DNA from: a bacterium
Lineage (GTDB): Bacteria; UBP7; UBA6624
Direction: 5' to 3'
Length of the DNA: 32,000 nt
NCBI GenBank assembly: GCA_002716355.1
Contig: PBAU01000003.1
Location: 150,001 to 182,000, forward strand
Made by a program: the position numbers and the translations under genes. Within the stretch, counting starts at the first letter, position 1; each line of letters starts with the position of its first letter. This document shows positions 7,917-16,260 of the stretch, one piece after another. The notes under the pieces were generated by a model, which made no database searches, was not told the origin of the DNA, and saw only the letters and a program-made list of their open reading frames with translations.

Positions 7917-10412
7917 TCACTTTTTCTTTGCTGAAGGCTTTTTTGCTTTGCTTTTCTTTGGACTCTTTTTCTTTTTCTTTTTTTCTACCTTTTCATTCCA
8001 GGCTTCAAGCTCAAGCCTTGGAGACTCTCTGTAATCTTGCAACCTTTTCTCAACTTCAGCAAAAATAGACCCTTCTGACCATGTTTTTTTTGCATCATTC
8101 CATTCACCAGCTTTTTTACCCGTAAGTATCTCAATGCCTTCTTCAATTGTTTTAACTGCCCATACATTGAAATCGCCTTTTTCTATAGATTCAATAACCT
8201 CTTTTGAAAGAATTAAATTCTCTACATTCTGATGAGGAATCATGACTCCTTGCCCACCAGTTAAGCCTCTTGCCTTGCAAAGATCGTAAAAACCTTCCAC
8301 TTTTTCGTTAACTCCACCAATTGGCTGAATTTCACCTTTTTGATTAACCGAGCCAGTTACAGCAATTCCTTGGTTTATTGGAATTTCAGAAATACTAGAA
8401 AGAATAGCATAAAGCTCTGTCGAAGAGGCTGAATCGCCATCAACCATTCCGTAAGACTGCTCAAATGCAATTGAAGCTGAAACAGATAAAGAGTTGTATT
8501 TTCCGAATTTTTCATGCAGCCAACCTGAAAGAATCATTACACCTTTATTATGTATACTTCCAGAAAGATCGGCTTGGCGCTCTATATTAACAATTCCGCC
8601 TTTACCTTGGAATGTATTAACAGTTATCCTGCTAGGCTTTCCGAAAGATTCATCCGAGATGGTAAAAACTGCTAAACCATTTATTGAACCAACTTTAGAA
8701 TCGCTTGTCTCAACAAGAATATGCTCTCTTTCAAGCATTTCTTGCATACGGTCTGGAATTAAACTATTTCTTCTTTTCCTGAATTCAAGAGTTTCCTCAA
8801 CATCTAAGGAATTAACAGAGTTTTGGTTTTTGTCTGATGCCATCTGACTAGACTCCCTCATCAGGTCAGTTATAACGCTGAATTTTGTTGAAACCTTACT
8901 CCTGTCTCCCGCGAGCCTAACCCCATGCCTGTACAGGCTCTGAATTGCAGAAAGGTCAAAATCAAGCAAATCTTCCTCATTAACTCTTTCTTTCACAAAA
9001 GAGCAATAATCCTCAAAAGATCCATCCTCTGAACTGTAACTGCTGTCAAAATCTGCTCGAACCTTGAAAAGTTCTTTGAAATCCTCATCATTAGAAGCAA
9101 GCAAATGGTAAACCCAAGGGCTTCCAATCATGACAACCTTCAGGTCCACTGGAATAGCTTTTGGCTTCATTGTTGTTGTAGTTGCATATCCAGCATGATC
9201 TGCAATATCCTCTATCAGTACCTGACCATCAGTTAATGCCCTTTTGAGGCCGTCCCATGCAACTGGATGCTTCAAAACATCAATTGCCTCTAAAACGATG
9301 TATCCTCCATTTGCTCGATGCAAGGCTCCTGCTTTGATCATTGTGAAGTCAGTTGTCATCATTCCCATCTCTACTCTTCTTTCCATTTTTCCAACAAGGT
9401 TTGCAAAGGTTGCATTTTTTTCAAGGACAACGGGGGAACCTTCTTCTTTTGACATATCAACAATCAAATTAACACTGTATTTCCTAAGGTTGGGCCCAGA
9501 AGGCATTGGCATAGCTAAAACCGGAACCTGGGCTTGTCCTGGAGGTTCATTTTTCCTTCGAAAAGAATCTGCATTTTTTAACACATCTTCTTGAAGCTCT
9601 ATAAGCCAATCTGAAACATTTTTCATATCTCTGTAATCTTCTTGAAGCCTTCTCATATGCCTTCCAACGGAAAAAAGAATAAGCCTTCTATCGAGATCGT
9701 TCACTTCTTTCTGTATCTCATCATCTATCTTTTGAATCTGCTCCAAATGATCATTGAGCTCTTCTTGGAGCTTGTCCTGAGTTTCCTGCATTTGCTCCTT
9801 GACCTCTTCAGGAAGAGCTCTAAACTTTCTTTCGTCTATCGGTTCTCCTTCCCAAATTGGTATGGTGATTATCCCCATGCTTGTTTTTTTAAGCAAGAAA
9901 TTATGAGAAGATGTAATCTCTTCCATCTCCTTAATTATTCCTTTTTTCATTTCAGAACCTTTTTTCCGCAACTTGTCTAATTCTTCTTTGTATTCGCCGC
10001 CTTCAAAAGCATTTGGTATTTCATCCTTTAATCTATTCATTAAATTTTCCAGATCTTCAGAAAATTTCCTACCTCTTCCTGGACTCAAGCTTAACGCCAA
10101 CGGCTCATCTGGTTGCGAAAAATTATGCACATAGCACCAATCATTTGGAACTGTTGCTTTTGAAGATAGGTGATCTACATATTTTTGAACTGTTGAATTT
10201 CTCCCAGAACCAGATATCCCTGAAACAAAAATGTTGTAACCTGGCTTTTTCATTCTTAAGCCAAATTGAATAGACTCAACAGCTCTTTCTTGCCCTATTA
10301 TTCGATCGCCTATTGGTTTAATTTTGTTTATGTCTTTAGGCCCAAAGCCAAAATCACACTGAGAAGCAGAAAGAAGGCAATCCTTTTTGCTACCAAAAAA
10401 TTCATTTTTCAT
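7917..10412 (-). CDS. Lon-like protease, LonC/COG1067 type (AAA-like domain with helical insertion plus Lon S16 protease domain)
   Basis: GQERAVESIQFGL...YNIFVSGISGSGRNST (Walker-A-like with Arg for Lys) and GGYIVLEAIDVL (Walker-B-like without DE). Long E/K-rich helical insertion around residues 120-300. C-terminal protease domain has VDGDSASS (Ser) and PIGGVNEKVEGF (Lys). Lys-rich C-terminal tail. Confidence 0.85.
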   Translation of the reverse strand: MKNEFFGSKKDCLLSASQCDFGFGPKDINKIKPIGDRIIGQERAVESIQFGLRMKKPGYNIFVSGISGSGRNSTVQKYVDHLSSKATVPNDWCYVHNFSQPDEPLALSLSPGRGRKFSEDLENLMNRLKDEIPNAFEGGEYKEELDKLRKKGSEMKKGIIKEMEEITSSHNFLLKKTSMGIITIPIWEGEPIDERKFRALPEEVKEQMQETQDKLQEELNDHLEQIQKIDDEIQKEVNDLDRRLILFSVGRHMRRLQEDYRDMKNVSDWLIELQEDVLKNADSFRRKNEPPGQAQVPVLAMPMPSGPNLRKYSVNLIVDMSKEEGSPVVLEKNATFANLVGKMERRVEMGMMTTDFTMIKAGALHRANGGYIVLEAIDVLKHPVAWDGLKRALTDGQVLIEDIADHAGYATTTTMKPKAIPVDLKVVMIGSPWVYHLLASNDEDFKELFKVRADFDSSYSSEDGSFEDYCSFVKERVNEEDLLDFDLSAIQSLYRHGVRLAGDRSKVSTKFSVITDLMRESSQMASDKNQNSVNSLDVEETLEFRKRRNSLIPDRMQEMLEREHILVETSDSKVGSINGLAVFTISDESFGKPSRITVNTFQGKGGIVNIERQADLSGSIHNKGVMILSGWLHEKFGKYNSLSVSASIAFEQSYGMVDGDSASSTELYAILSSISEIPINQGIAVTGSVNQKGEIQPIGGVNEKVEGFYDLCKARGLTGGQGVMIPHQNVENLILSKEVIESIEKGDFNVWAVKTIEEGIEILTGKKAGEWNDAKKTWSEGSIFAEVEKRLQDYRESPRLELEAWNEKVEKKKKKKSPKKSKAKKPSAKKK

Positions 10413-10426
10413 AAATTACAACTTTT

Positions 10427-10434
10427 ATCCTAAC
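10427..10434 (-). promoter_or_regulatory. Candidate -10 box GTTAGGAT for the Lon-like protease gene
   Basis: TAGGAT on the minus strand (10432-10427), 14 nt before ATG 10412. Confidence 0.3.
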
Positions 10435-10441
10435 ACTATCG

Positions 10442-10461
10442 TTACGTTCTAAGGAACGTAA
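10442..10461. promoter_or_regulatory. Perfect inverted repeat TTACGTTC-TAAG-GAACGTAA (candidate operator)
   Basis: The 8-bp arms are exact reverse complements with a 4-bp spacer. It lies between the two candidate divergent -10 boxes and directly abuts TATAGAAT at 10462. Confidence 0.4.
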
Positions 10462-10469
10462 TATAGAAT
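10462..10469 (+). promoter_or_regulatory. Candidate -10 box TATAGAAT for korA
   Basis: Exact copy of the 8-mer also seen at 24096-24103 and 24056-24049. It lies 12 nt before GTG 10482. Confidence 0.4.
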
Positions 10470-10481
10470 CGCACTTTTGTA

Positions 10482-12284
10482 GTGAAAACAATAATTAACA
10501 ATTTAATGGTTTCTGTAGGGACTGCTAACGGTTCTGGATCACAAAGTGCAAACCTGATAATACATAGAGCTTTATTTAAAATGGGGCTACCAGTTTCAGG
10601 AAAAAATTTGTTCCCATCAAATATAGCTGGATTGCCAACTTGGTTCTTGATAAGGGTGACGGAACAGGGTTACCCTGCTCCAGCTGATGACACCAATATA
10701 GCAATTCTTATGAACCCAGACACATGGGAAAAAGATTTAAGCAAATTGAAAAAAGGTTCAGTAGCTATATACAACAGTGATACCCGTATGCCGGTAGAAA
10801 GAGACGATTTAATTCTTTACGACATTCCTTGTTCAAAAATAGCTAGAGGCATTGATTCAAAGCTTGCCAAACTCATAACAAATACAGTTTATGTTGGAGC
10901 CTTATCTGAAATCATAGGGATAGAACAAGAAGCAATCGTTGAAGCTTTAAAGCATCAATTTAACAATAAACAAAAAGCAATTGAATTAAATCTAAAAGCA
11001 ATTGACGAAGGTAGAAACTACATAAAAGAAAATCATAAAAAGAATCAACCCTGGAAGGTTGAGAGAAGAGATTTAACGCAAGGGAAAATGATAGTTGATG
11101 GAAATCAGGCTGGAGCTTTAGGCTCTCTTTTTGGAGGTGTCACTTTTCTTGCATGGTACCCCATTACACCCTCAAGCTCTTTAGCAGAAAGCTTAATTGG
11201 ATACCTGAAACAACACAGAGAGTATGTTGATGGTTCAAAAACTTATGCAGTGGTTCAGGCAGAAGATGAGCTAGCAGCAGCTGGAATGGTTTTTGGTGCA
11301 GGTTGGGCTGGATCCAGATCGATGACTACAACAAGTGGAGCAGGAATATCGCTAATGACGGAATTTATTGGTTTGGGCTATTACGCAGAGGTTCCAGGTG
11401 TTTTTTGGAATATTCAAAGAGTAGGACCATCCACAGGCCTCCCAACAAGAACACAACAATCAGATATAAATTTTTGCTATAAGCTTGGTCATGGCGACTC
11501 AACACACCCCGTATTGCTGCCAGCAACCCCCAAGGAATGTTTTGAGTTTGGATGGAGATCTTTTGATATTGCAGAAAGATTCCAAACTCCAACCTTTGTA
11601 CTTTCTGATTTAGATCTAGGAATGAACCCTTGGATTAGTGATGATTTCGAATACCCCAACAAACCTTTCGACAGAGGAAAAGTATTGAAAGAAGAAGATT
11701 TAAACAAGGTTGAATCTTGGGGGAGGTACAGGGACGTTGATGGAGACGGCATACCTTATCGAACACTTCCAGGAAACCCACATCCAGACTCTTCTTATTT
11801 CACCAGAGGCAGCGGACATGACGAAGATGCAACATATTCAGAAGACCCTGAAGTTTATGAGCGAAACATGAAAAGGCTAGCTAAAAAACACGAAGGCCTT
11901 AGGGCTAAAATGCCTCAGCCAAAAATAGAGCATTCATCAGGCAAGTCAAAAATAGGTTTAATATCCTATGGAACCGTTCATACAGCCATAGAAGAGACAA
12001 TAGACATTCTGAAAGAAAAAAACGTAGAAATTAATTACCTTAGGATTAGGGCCCTGCCCTTATCTCCAAAAGTTAATGAATTTATAGATTCACATGAAGA
12101 AATTTTCATCATAGAGCAAAACAGAGACGCTCAGATGTTCAACTTGATAAAAGAAGAGTTGGACTCATCAAATATTAAAAAAATCAAATCATGCGCTTAT
12201 TCAGACGGAATGCCAATGGCGGCATCAAAAATATCAGCTAATATAACTGAAAAAACACAAATCAAAATAAACAAAAAATCATGA
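10482..12284 (+). CDS. korA: 2-oxoacid (probably 2-oxoglutarate):ferredoxin oxidoreductase, alpha subunit (gamma-alpha fusion)
   Basis: N-terminal PFOR gamma-type domain (VGTANGSGSQSANL...FPSNIAGLPTWFLIRV), then the alpha domain (LAWYPITPSSSLAE, AEDELAAAGMVFGAGWAGSRSMTTTSGAGISLM). The track start is GTG 10482; ATG 10506 is an alternative. Substrate is inferred only from the sucCD/icd/fumC neighbourhood. Confidence 0.82.
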   Translation: MKTIINNLMVSVGTANGSGSQSANLIIHRALFKMGLPVSGKNLFPSNIAGLPTWFLIRVTEQGYPAPADDTNIAILMNPDTWEKDLSKLKKGSVAIYNSDTRMPVERDDLILYDIPCSKIARGIDSKLAKLITNTVYVGALSEIIGIEQEAIVEALKHQFNNKQKAIELNLKAIDEGRNYIKENHKKNQPWKVERRDLTQGKMIVDGNQAGALGSLFGGVTFLAWYPITPSSSLAESLIGYLKQHREYVDGSKTYAVVQAEDELAAAGMVFGAGWAGSRSMTTTSGAGISLMTEFIGLGYYAEVPGVFWNIQRVGPSTGLPTRTQQSDINFCYKLGHGDSTHPVLLPATPKECFEFGWRSFDIAERFQTPTFVLSDLDLGMNPWISDDFEYPNKPFDRGKVLKEEDLNKVESWGRYRDVDGDGIPYRTLPGNPHPDSSYFTRGSGHDEDATYSEDPEVYERNMKRLAKKHEGLRAKMPQPKIEHSSGKSKIGLISYGTVHTAIEETIDILKEKNVEINYLRIRALPLSPKVNEFIDSHEEIFIIEQNRDAQMFNLIKEELDSSNIKKIKSCAYSDGMPMAASKISANITEKTQIKINKKS

Positions 12285-13303
12285 GCAAAGAAAACATACT
12301 TGGATTACCAATACAAGAGTACAAGGGTGGAAAGTCAACCTTATGTGCTGGATGTGGACACGATTCAATAACTGACAAAATCATCAAGGCATGTTTCAAC
12401 AATGGAATAAAACCCCATATGGTAGCAAAAATGTCTGGAATAGGCTGCAGCTCTAAAACTCCTGCGTATTTTTTATCCAAATCACATGGCTTCAATACGG
12501 TTCATGGAAGAATGCCTTCAGTGTCTACTGGTGCCGCTTTAGCAAATAGACAACTTACCGTTTTGGGTGTGTCTGGTGATGGCGATACAGCCAGTATAGG
12601 AATAGGTCAATTTGTGCATTGCGTAAGAAGGAATGCCCCTATGGTTTATATTGTTGAAAATAATGGTGTATACGGCTTAACAAAAGGTCAATTTTCAGCA
12701 ACAGCAGATGAAGGGTCTAAATCAAAAAGAGGGGTTCCGAATGAGATCCCGCCCATTGACTTAACCAGTTTAGCAATCCAATTGGGATGTGGCTTTGTTG
12801 GAAAAAGCTTTTCAGGGGCACCAAAACAACTGACCCCATTAATACAAGCAGCATTGAGTTACCAAGGGACAGCGGTAATAGATGTAATATCACCCTGTGT
12901 AACTTTCAACAACCACGAAGGCAGCACAAGAAGCTACAACTATGTTAAAGATCATGACATAGAGCTTCAAACTTTAGACTACATTCCCAGTTTTACACCT
13001 ATTGATGAAATTGACATACCACAAGGCGAATCAACAGATGTTGAAATGCATGATGGTTCGACAATAAGGCTTACGGGGACAAAAGAAGATTACGATGTTC
13101 ATGATAGAAATGCAGCTATCGCCGCAATTAATGAATCAATGGCTAAAGGCGAACATCTAACAGGCCTTCTTTACCTTGATAATGCCAAAAAGAACATATA
13201 TCAAGAAATGAGACTCTGTGAAACTCCATTAGCATCCCTTCAAGAGGAAACAATAAGACCTACAGAAGAAACACTTTTAGAGATAATGAACTCTTACAAA
13301 TGA
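12281..13303 (+). CDS. korB: 2-oxoacid:ferredoxin oxidoreductase, beta subunit (TPP and [4Fe-4S] binding)
   Basis: Cys ligands CAGCGHD, GIGCSSK, SPCVTFN. TPP motif GVSGDGDTASIGIGQ...VENNGVYGLTKGQ. ATGA overlap with korA. Confidence 0.87.
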   Translation: MSKENILGLPIQEYKGGKSTLCAGCGHDSITDKIIKACFNNGIKPHMVAKMSGIGCSSKTPAYFLSKSHGFNTVHGRMPSVSTGAALANRQLTVLGVSGDGDTASIGIGQFVHCVRRNAPMVYIVENNGVYGLTKGQFSATADEGSKSKRGVPNEIPPIDLTSLAIQLGCGFVGKSFSGAPKQLTPLIQAALSYQGTAVIDVISPCVTFNNHEGSTRSYNYVKDHDIELQTLDYIPSFTPIDEIDIPQGESTDVEMHDGSTIRLTGTKEDYDVHDRNAAIAAINESMAKGEHLTGLLYLDNAKKNIYQEMRLCETPLASLQEETIRPTEETLLEIMNSYK

Positions 13304-14262
13304 GTGTAACCCTCGCAACATTTTTTATTGTTTATTTAGTAAGTTCATTTTGCTTTAATGCCTCTGTCATGAAAAAGCATGGCGGAACCCTATTAAAGTG
13401 TGAATCAGGAATCTTAAGAACAAACCTAAGAATAATACTTTATTTGATTGGGTTAATCTTTGGGTCTTTTGTAGTTGTAAGCAGTTTAGACATTGTGCAA
13501 CAATCTATACCGGAATTTCCGTCAGTGGGCCCAATACTTGCAATGCTTGTATTAATATTCATATCAGAATTTTTCTTTAACTTCTTTGACAAAAAGGGAA
13601 CCTTGGGTCTGAGTATTTCAAAAAAAAGGCTGCTGGAAGGTGTCGAGGGTTTAAATTATGGTGCAGTGATATTCATCGCCTGCCTCCTCCCCTCACTTCT
13701 AACAGGCTCAATTGACCCCTTCACAAACATGCCTGGCAGACTAAACCCCAGCCTTCTTGGTGAAATGTTTGGAATTTTAATTATCGCAGCACTTTTTGAA
13801 GAAGTTCTTTTTAGGGGTTATATTTTTCGAACACTAACATACACCTGTCCAGCTTGGATACCCTTAACACTCTCTTCTTTCATCTTCTCTTACGTTCACT
13901 GGAATCAGGCTGTTCTCACAGGCGAAGGGGACACGCTTCAATGGCTATTCAGAATAAATGTTTTTTTAGCAGGTTGGATTATGGCAAAATTAATCATAAG
14001 AACAGGCAATCTTTGGTATGCATGGTGGTGGCATTTTTCATGGAATTTTATTCAAGGCCCAATACTAGGCATATCTGTATCCGGAACAGATATAGGAAAA
14101 GAATTTGGTGCAATATACAAAGAAGGCAATGACCTGATAACAGGAGGGTCGATTGGCATAGAGGCATCACTCCCAGCAACAATAATTCTTTATCTTGCAA
14201 TAATCAAAGAAAAAGAAATAACACAATTCTTTAAGATAAAAAAAATCCAGGCTAAGAAATAA
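13300..14262 (+). CDS. CPBP (CAAX protease/Abi, PF02517-type) intramembrane glutamic endopeptidase
   Basis: Polytopic membrane protein with all three CPBP motifs: FEEVLFRGYIF (EExxxR), FIFSYVHW (FxxxH), WHFSWNF (HxxxN). ATGA overlap with the korB stop (13300-13303). Confidence 0.8.
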   Translation: MSVTLATFFIVYLVSSFCFNASVMKKHGGTLLKCESGILRTNLRIILYLIGLIFGSFVVVSSLDIVQQSIPEFPSVGPILAMLVLIFISEFFFNFFDKKGTLGLSISKKRLLEGVEGLNYGAVIFIACLLPSLLTGSIDPFTNMPGRLNPSLLGEMFGILIIAALFEEVLFRGYIFRTLTYTCPAWIPLTLSSFIFSYVHWNQAVLTGEGDTLQWLFRINVFLAGWIMAKLIIRTGNLWYAWWWHFSWNFIQGPILGISVSGTDIGKEFGAIYKEGNDLITGGSIGIEASLPATIILYLAIIKEKEITQFFKIKKIQAKK

Positions 14263-15127
14263 ACCCTTTTAAAATGTCTGGCATTTCTGATAATCTTTCA
14301 GGAACAGGAACCCCAACTGACTCTAAGGCTTCTACCTTGCTTTGTGGTGTCCCCTTGTTTCCTTCAACAATAGCACCTGCATGCCCCATAGCCTTTCCTG
14401 GAGGAGCTGTCCTTCCACCTATAAAGCCTACTATCTTGTTTGAAATTCTAGACAATGAAGGAATCATTTCAGCAGCTTCCTCTTCATCTGAACCACCTAT
14501 TTCACCTACCATGGCAACAGCAAGAGTGTCCTCATCATGATCAAAAGCCTTCAGGGTTTCTATAAATCTAGCCCCTATCACTCTGTCTCCACCTATTCCA
14601 ACAGCTGTTGAAATACCTAAACCTGCCCTGCTTATCAAATCAACAAGCTCGTAAGTCAATGTTCCTGATCTTGAAACGAGGCCAATATTGCCCTTTTTGA
14701 AAATACTGGAAGGCATGATACCCATTGAAGCTTGCCCTACAGAAAAAATGCCAGGACAATTTGGACCAACCATAATAACTCCTTCCCTTCTGACAAGTGC
14801 TCCAATTTTTATTTCATCATGCAAAGGTATGCCTTCAGTGATAACAACCAAAAACTTAACACCTGATTCAACAGCATCTTTTACAGCAGCCAAGCAAAAT
14901 CTTGCTGGCACGAAAATAACAGAAGCAGTAGCTCCAGTATCCTTGACTGCATTTGAGCAATTGTCAAAAACAGGCAAACCCAAATGCGATTCGCCTCCTT
15001 TTCCAGGAGTTACACCAGCAACAACATTGGTTCCGTACTTGATCATGTTGCTAGTATGAAAGGTGCCCTCTCTTCCTGTCATTCCTTGAACTATAACTTT
15101 TGTTTTATCATTTAACCAAACGCTCAT
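14252..15127 (-). CDS. sucD: Succinyl-CoA synthetase, alpha subunit
   Basis: VIVQGMTGREGTFH, NCPGI, SRSGTLTYE, GKAMGHAGAI (phosphohistidine loop). ATGA overlap with sucC. Confidence 0.95.
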   Translation of the reverse strand: MSVWLNDKTKVIVQGMTGREGTFHTSNMIKYGTNVVAGVTPGKGGESHLGLPVFDNCSNAVKDTGATASVIFVPARFCLAAVKDAVESGVKFLVVITEGIPLHDEIKIGALVRREGVIMVGPNCPGIFSVGQASMGIMPSSIFKKGNIGLVSRSGTLTYELVDLISRAGLGISTAVGIGGDRVIGARFIETLKAFDHDEDTLAVAMVGEIGGSDEEEAAEMIPSLSRISNKIVGFIGGRTAPPGKAMGHAGAIVEGNKGTPQSKVEALESVGVPVPERLSEMPDILKGFIS

Positions 15128-16260
15128 GATTCATCCCTTAACCTAACGGCAAGCTCTGCAGCCTCATCCATAACATCCGTAACGCTTAAATCCGTTTCAT
15201 TTTTTAAAATTTCCAAACCTTCTTCCGCTCTAGTTCCAGTAAGCCTTATCACTATTGGAACCCTAGGAGAAGATTCATTTACAACATCAGCTATACCCCT
15301 AGCAACCTCGTCCCCTCTCGTAATTCCTCCAAAAACATTAATGAATATTGATTTAACTTTTGGATTTCCTTCAACTAGCTTTAAAGCGTTATTTACAACT
15401 TCTGCTTTTGCTCCCCCTCCTATATCCAAAAAATTAGCAGGCTCTCCGCCTGCATTCTTGACAGCATCCATGGTTGCCATAACCAAACCTGCTCCATTAC
15501 CAATAATACCTACATCTCCCTCCAAGTGAACATAAGAAAAGCCTTGTTTTTTTGCTATCTTTTCTCTAGAGCTATCATCCCCTGAATTCATTTCAAACAA
15601 TGATGATTGTCTAAATTCAGCAGTGTCATCAACACTCATCTTACAATCAAGAATCACAACCTCTTCATCTTCAGTCAAAACAAGAGGATTAACCTCCAAA
15701 AGGGTCAAATCTTTATCTACAACCATGCCATAAGAAGAAATAATTATTTTCACAACCTCATCAACGTAACTTTTGTTCAAGCCTGATTCAAGCAGTTTTT
15801 TCTCTAATTCAGAAATCTCTAATGCCTTTAATGGGTTGATTGGCATTTTGAGAACCTTTTCTGGTGAATCATGAGCAACCTGCTCTATGTCAACACCACC
15901 CTCTACAGAAAAGATAAGCGTCATTGATCGGTTCGCCCTATCAAAAGTTATACTCATGTACCATTCTTCTTTTATATCAACAGCTTTTGCAACAAGTATC
16001 TCTTCGACCTTGTGGCCCTTTATGTCCATTCCTAATATAGCACTTGAAATGCTTTCAGCCTCTTCTTTGTTGAATGCTAGCTTTACACCGCCAGCCTTAC
16101 CTCTTCCTCCTATAAGAACCTGTGCTTTGATAACCACTGGGAAGCCAACTTCAGAAGCGTAACTGATGGCATCATGCACATTTGAAGTCACAAGACCTAA
16201 AGCTACATTTTCAAATCTTTCAGATAAAACTTTTTTTCCTTGATATTCTTTAAAATCCAT
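15124..16260 (-). CDS. sucC: Succinyl-CoA synthetase, beta subunit
   Basis: MDFKEYQGK..., VVIKAQVLIGGRGKAGGVKL, GIIGNGAGLVMATMD, ANFLDIGGGA. TAATG 1-nt overlap with the icd stop. Confidence 0.95.
   Translation of the reverse strand: MDFKEYQGKKVLSERFENVALGLVTSNVHDAISYASEVGFPVVIKAQVLIGGRGKAGGVKLAFNKEEAESISSAILGMDIKGHKVEEILVAKAVDIKEEWYMSITFDRANRSMTLIFSVEGGVDIEQVAHDSPEKVLKMPINPLKALEISELEKKLLESGLNKSYVDEVVKIIISSYGMVVDKDLTLLEVNPLVLTEDEEVVILDCKMSVDDTAEFRQSSLFEMNSGDDSSREKIAKKQGFSYVHLEGDVGIIGNGAGLVMATMDAVKNAGGEPANFLDIGGGAKAEVVNNALKLVEGNPKVKSIFINVFGGITRGDEVARGIADVVNESSPRVPIVIRLTGTRAEEGLEILKNETDLSVTDVMDEAAELAVRLRDES

Noticed and set aside
7920-7995. T/C-rich low-complexity DNA (ctttttctttttctttttttc...) as a slippage or phase-variation tract or DNA repeat
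   Set aside because: It is the reverse complement of mixed AAA/AAG Lys codons interrupted by Ser, Pro and Ala codons. The longest homopolymer run is short, and the reading frame is intact through to the stop.
8494-10273. Four 86-117 aa plus-strand ORFs antisense to the Lon-like protease gene
   Set aside because: This is the typical stop-poor antisense frame of an AT-rich, Lys/Glu-rich gene. The translations are hydrophobic or low-complexity with no motifs, and the minus-strand gene has unambiguous Lon motifs.
7917-10412. Lon-like protease as BrxL of a BREX defence system
   Set aside because: No pglX/brxA/B/C/pglZ-like genes are nearby. The neighbours are housekeeping, and the domain layout fits the LonC/COG1067 type.
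10442-10461. Identifying the palindrome as CIRCE (HrcA) or a LexA box because it precedes a Lon-like gene
   Set aside because: CIRCE is TTAGCACTC-N9-GAGTGCTAA. The Cheo-type LexA box is GAAC-N4-GTTC, the opposite half-site order. The match is not good enough, so I report it only as an unassigned operator candidate.
13300-14262. CPBP/Abi protein as an abortive-infection or bacteriocin-immunity locus
   Set aside because: There is no bacteriocin precursor, ABC exporter or phage-related gene nearby, and the gene is embedded in the korAB operon.
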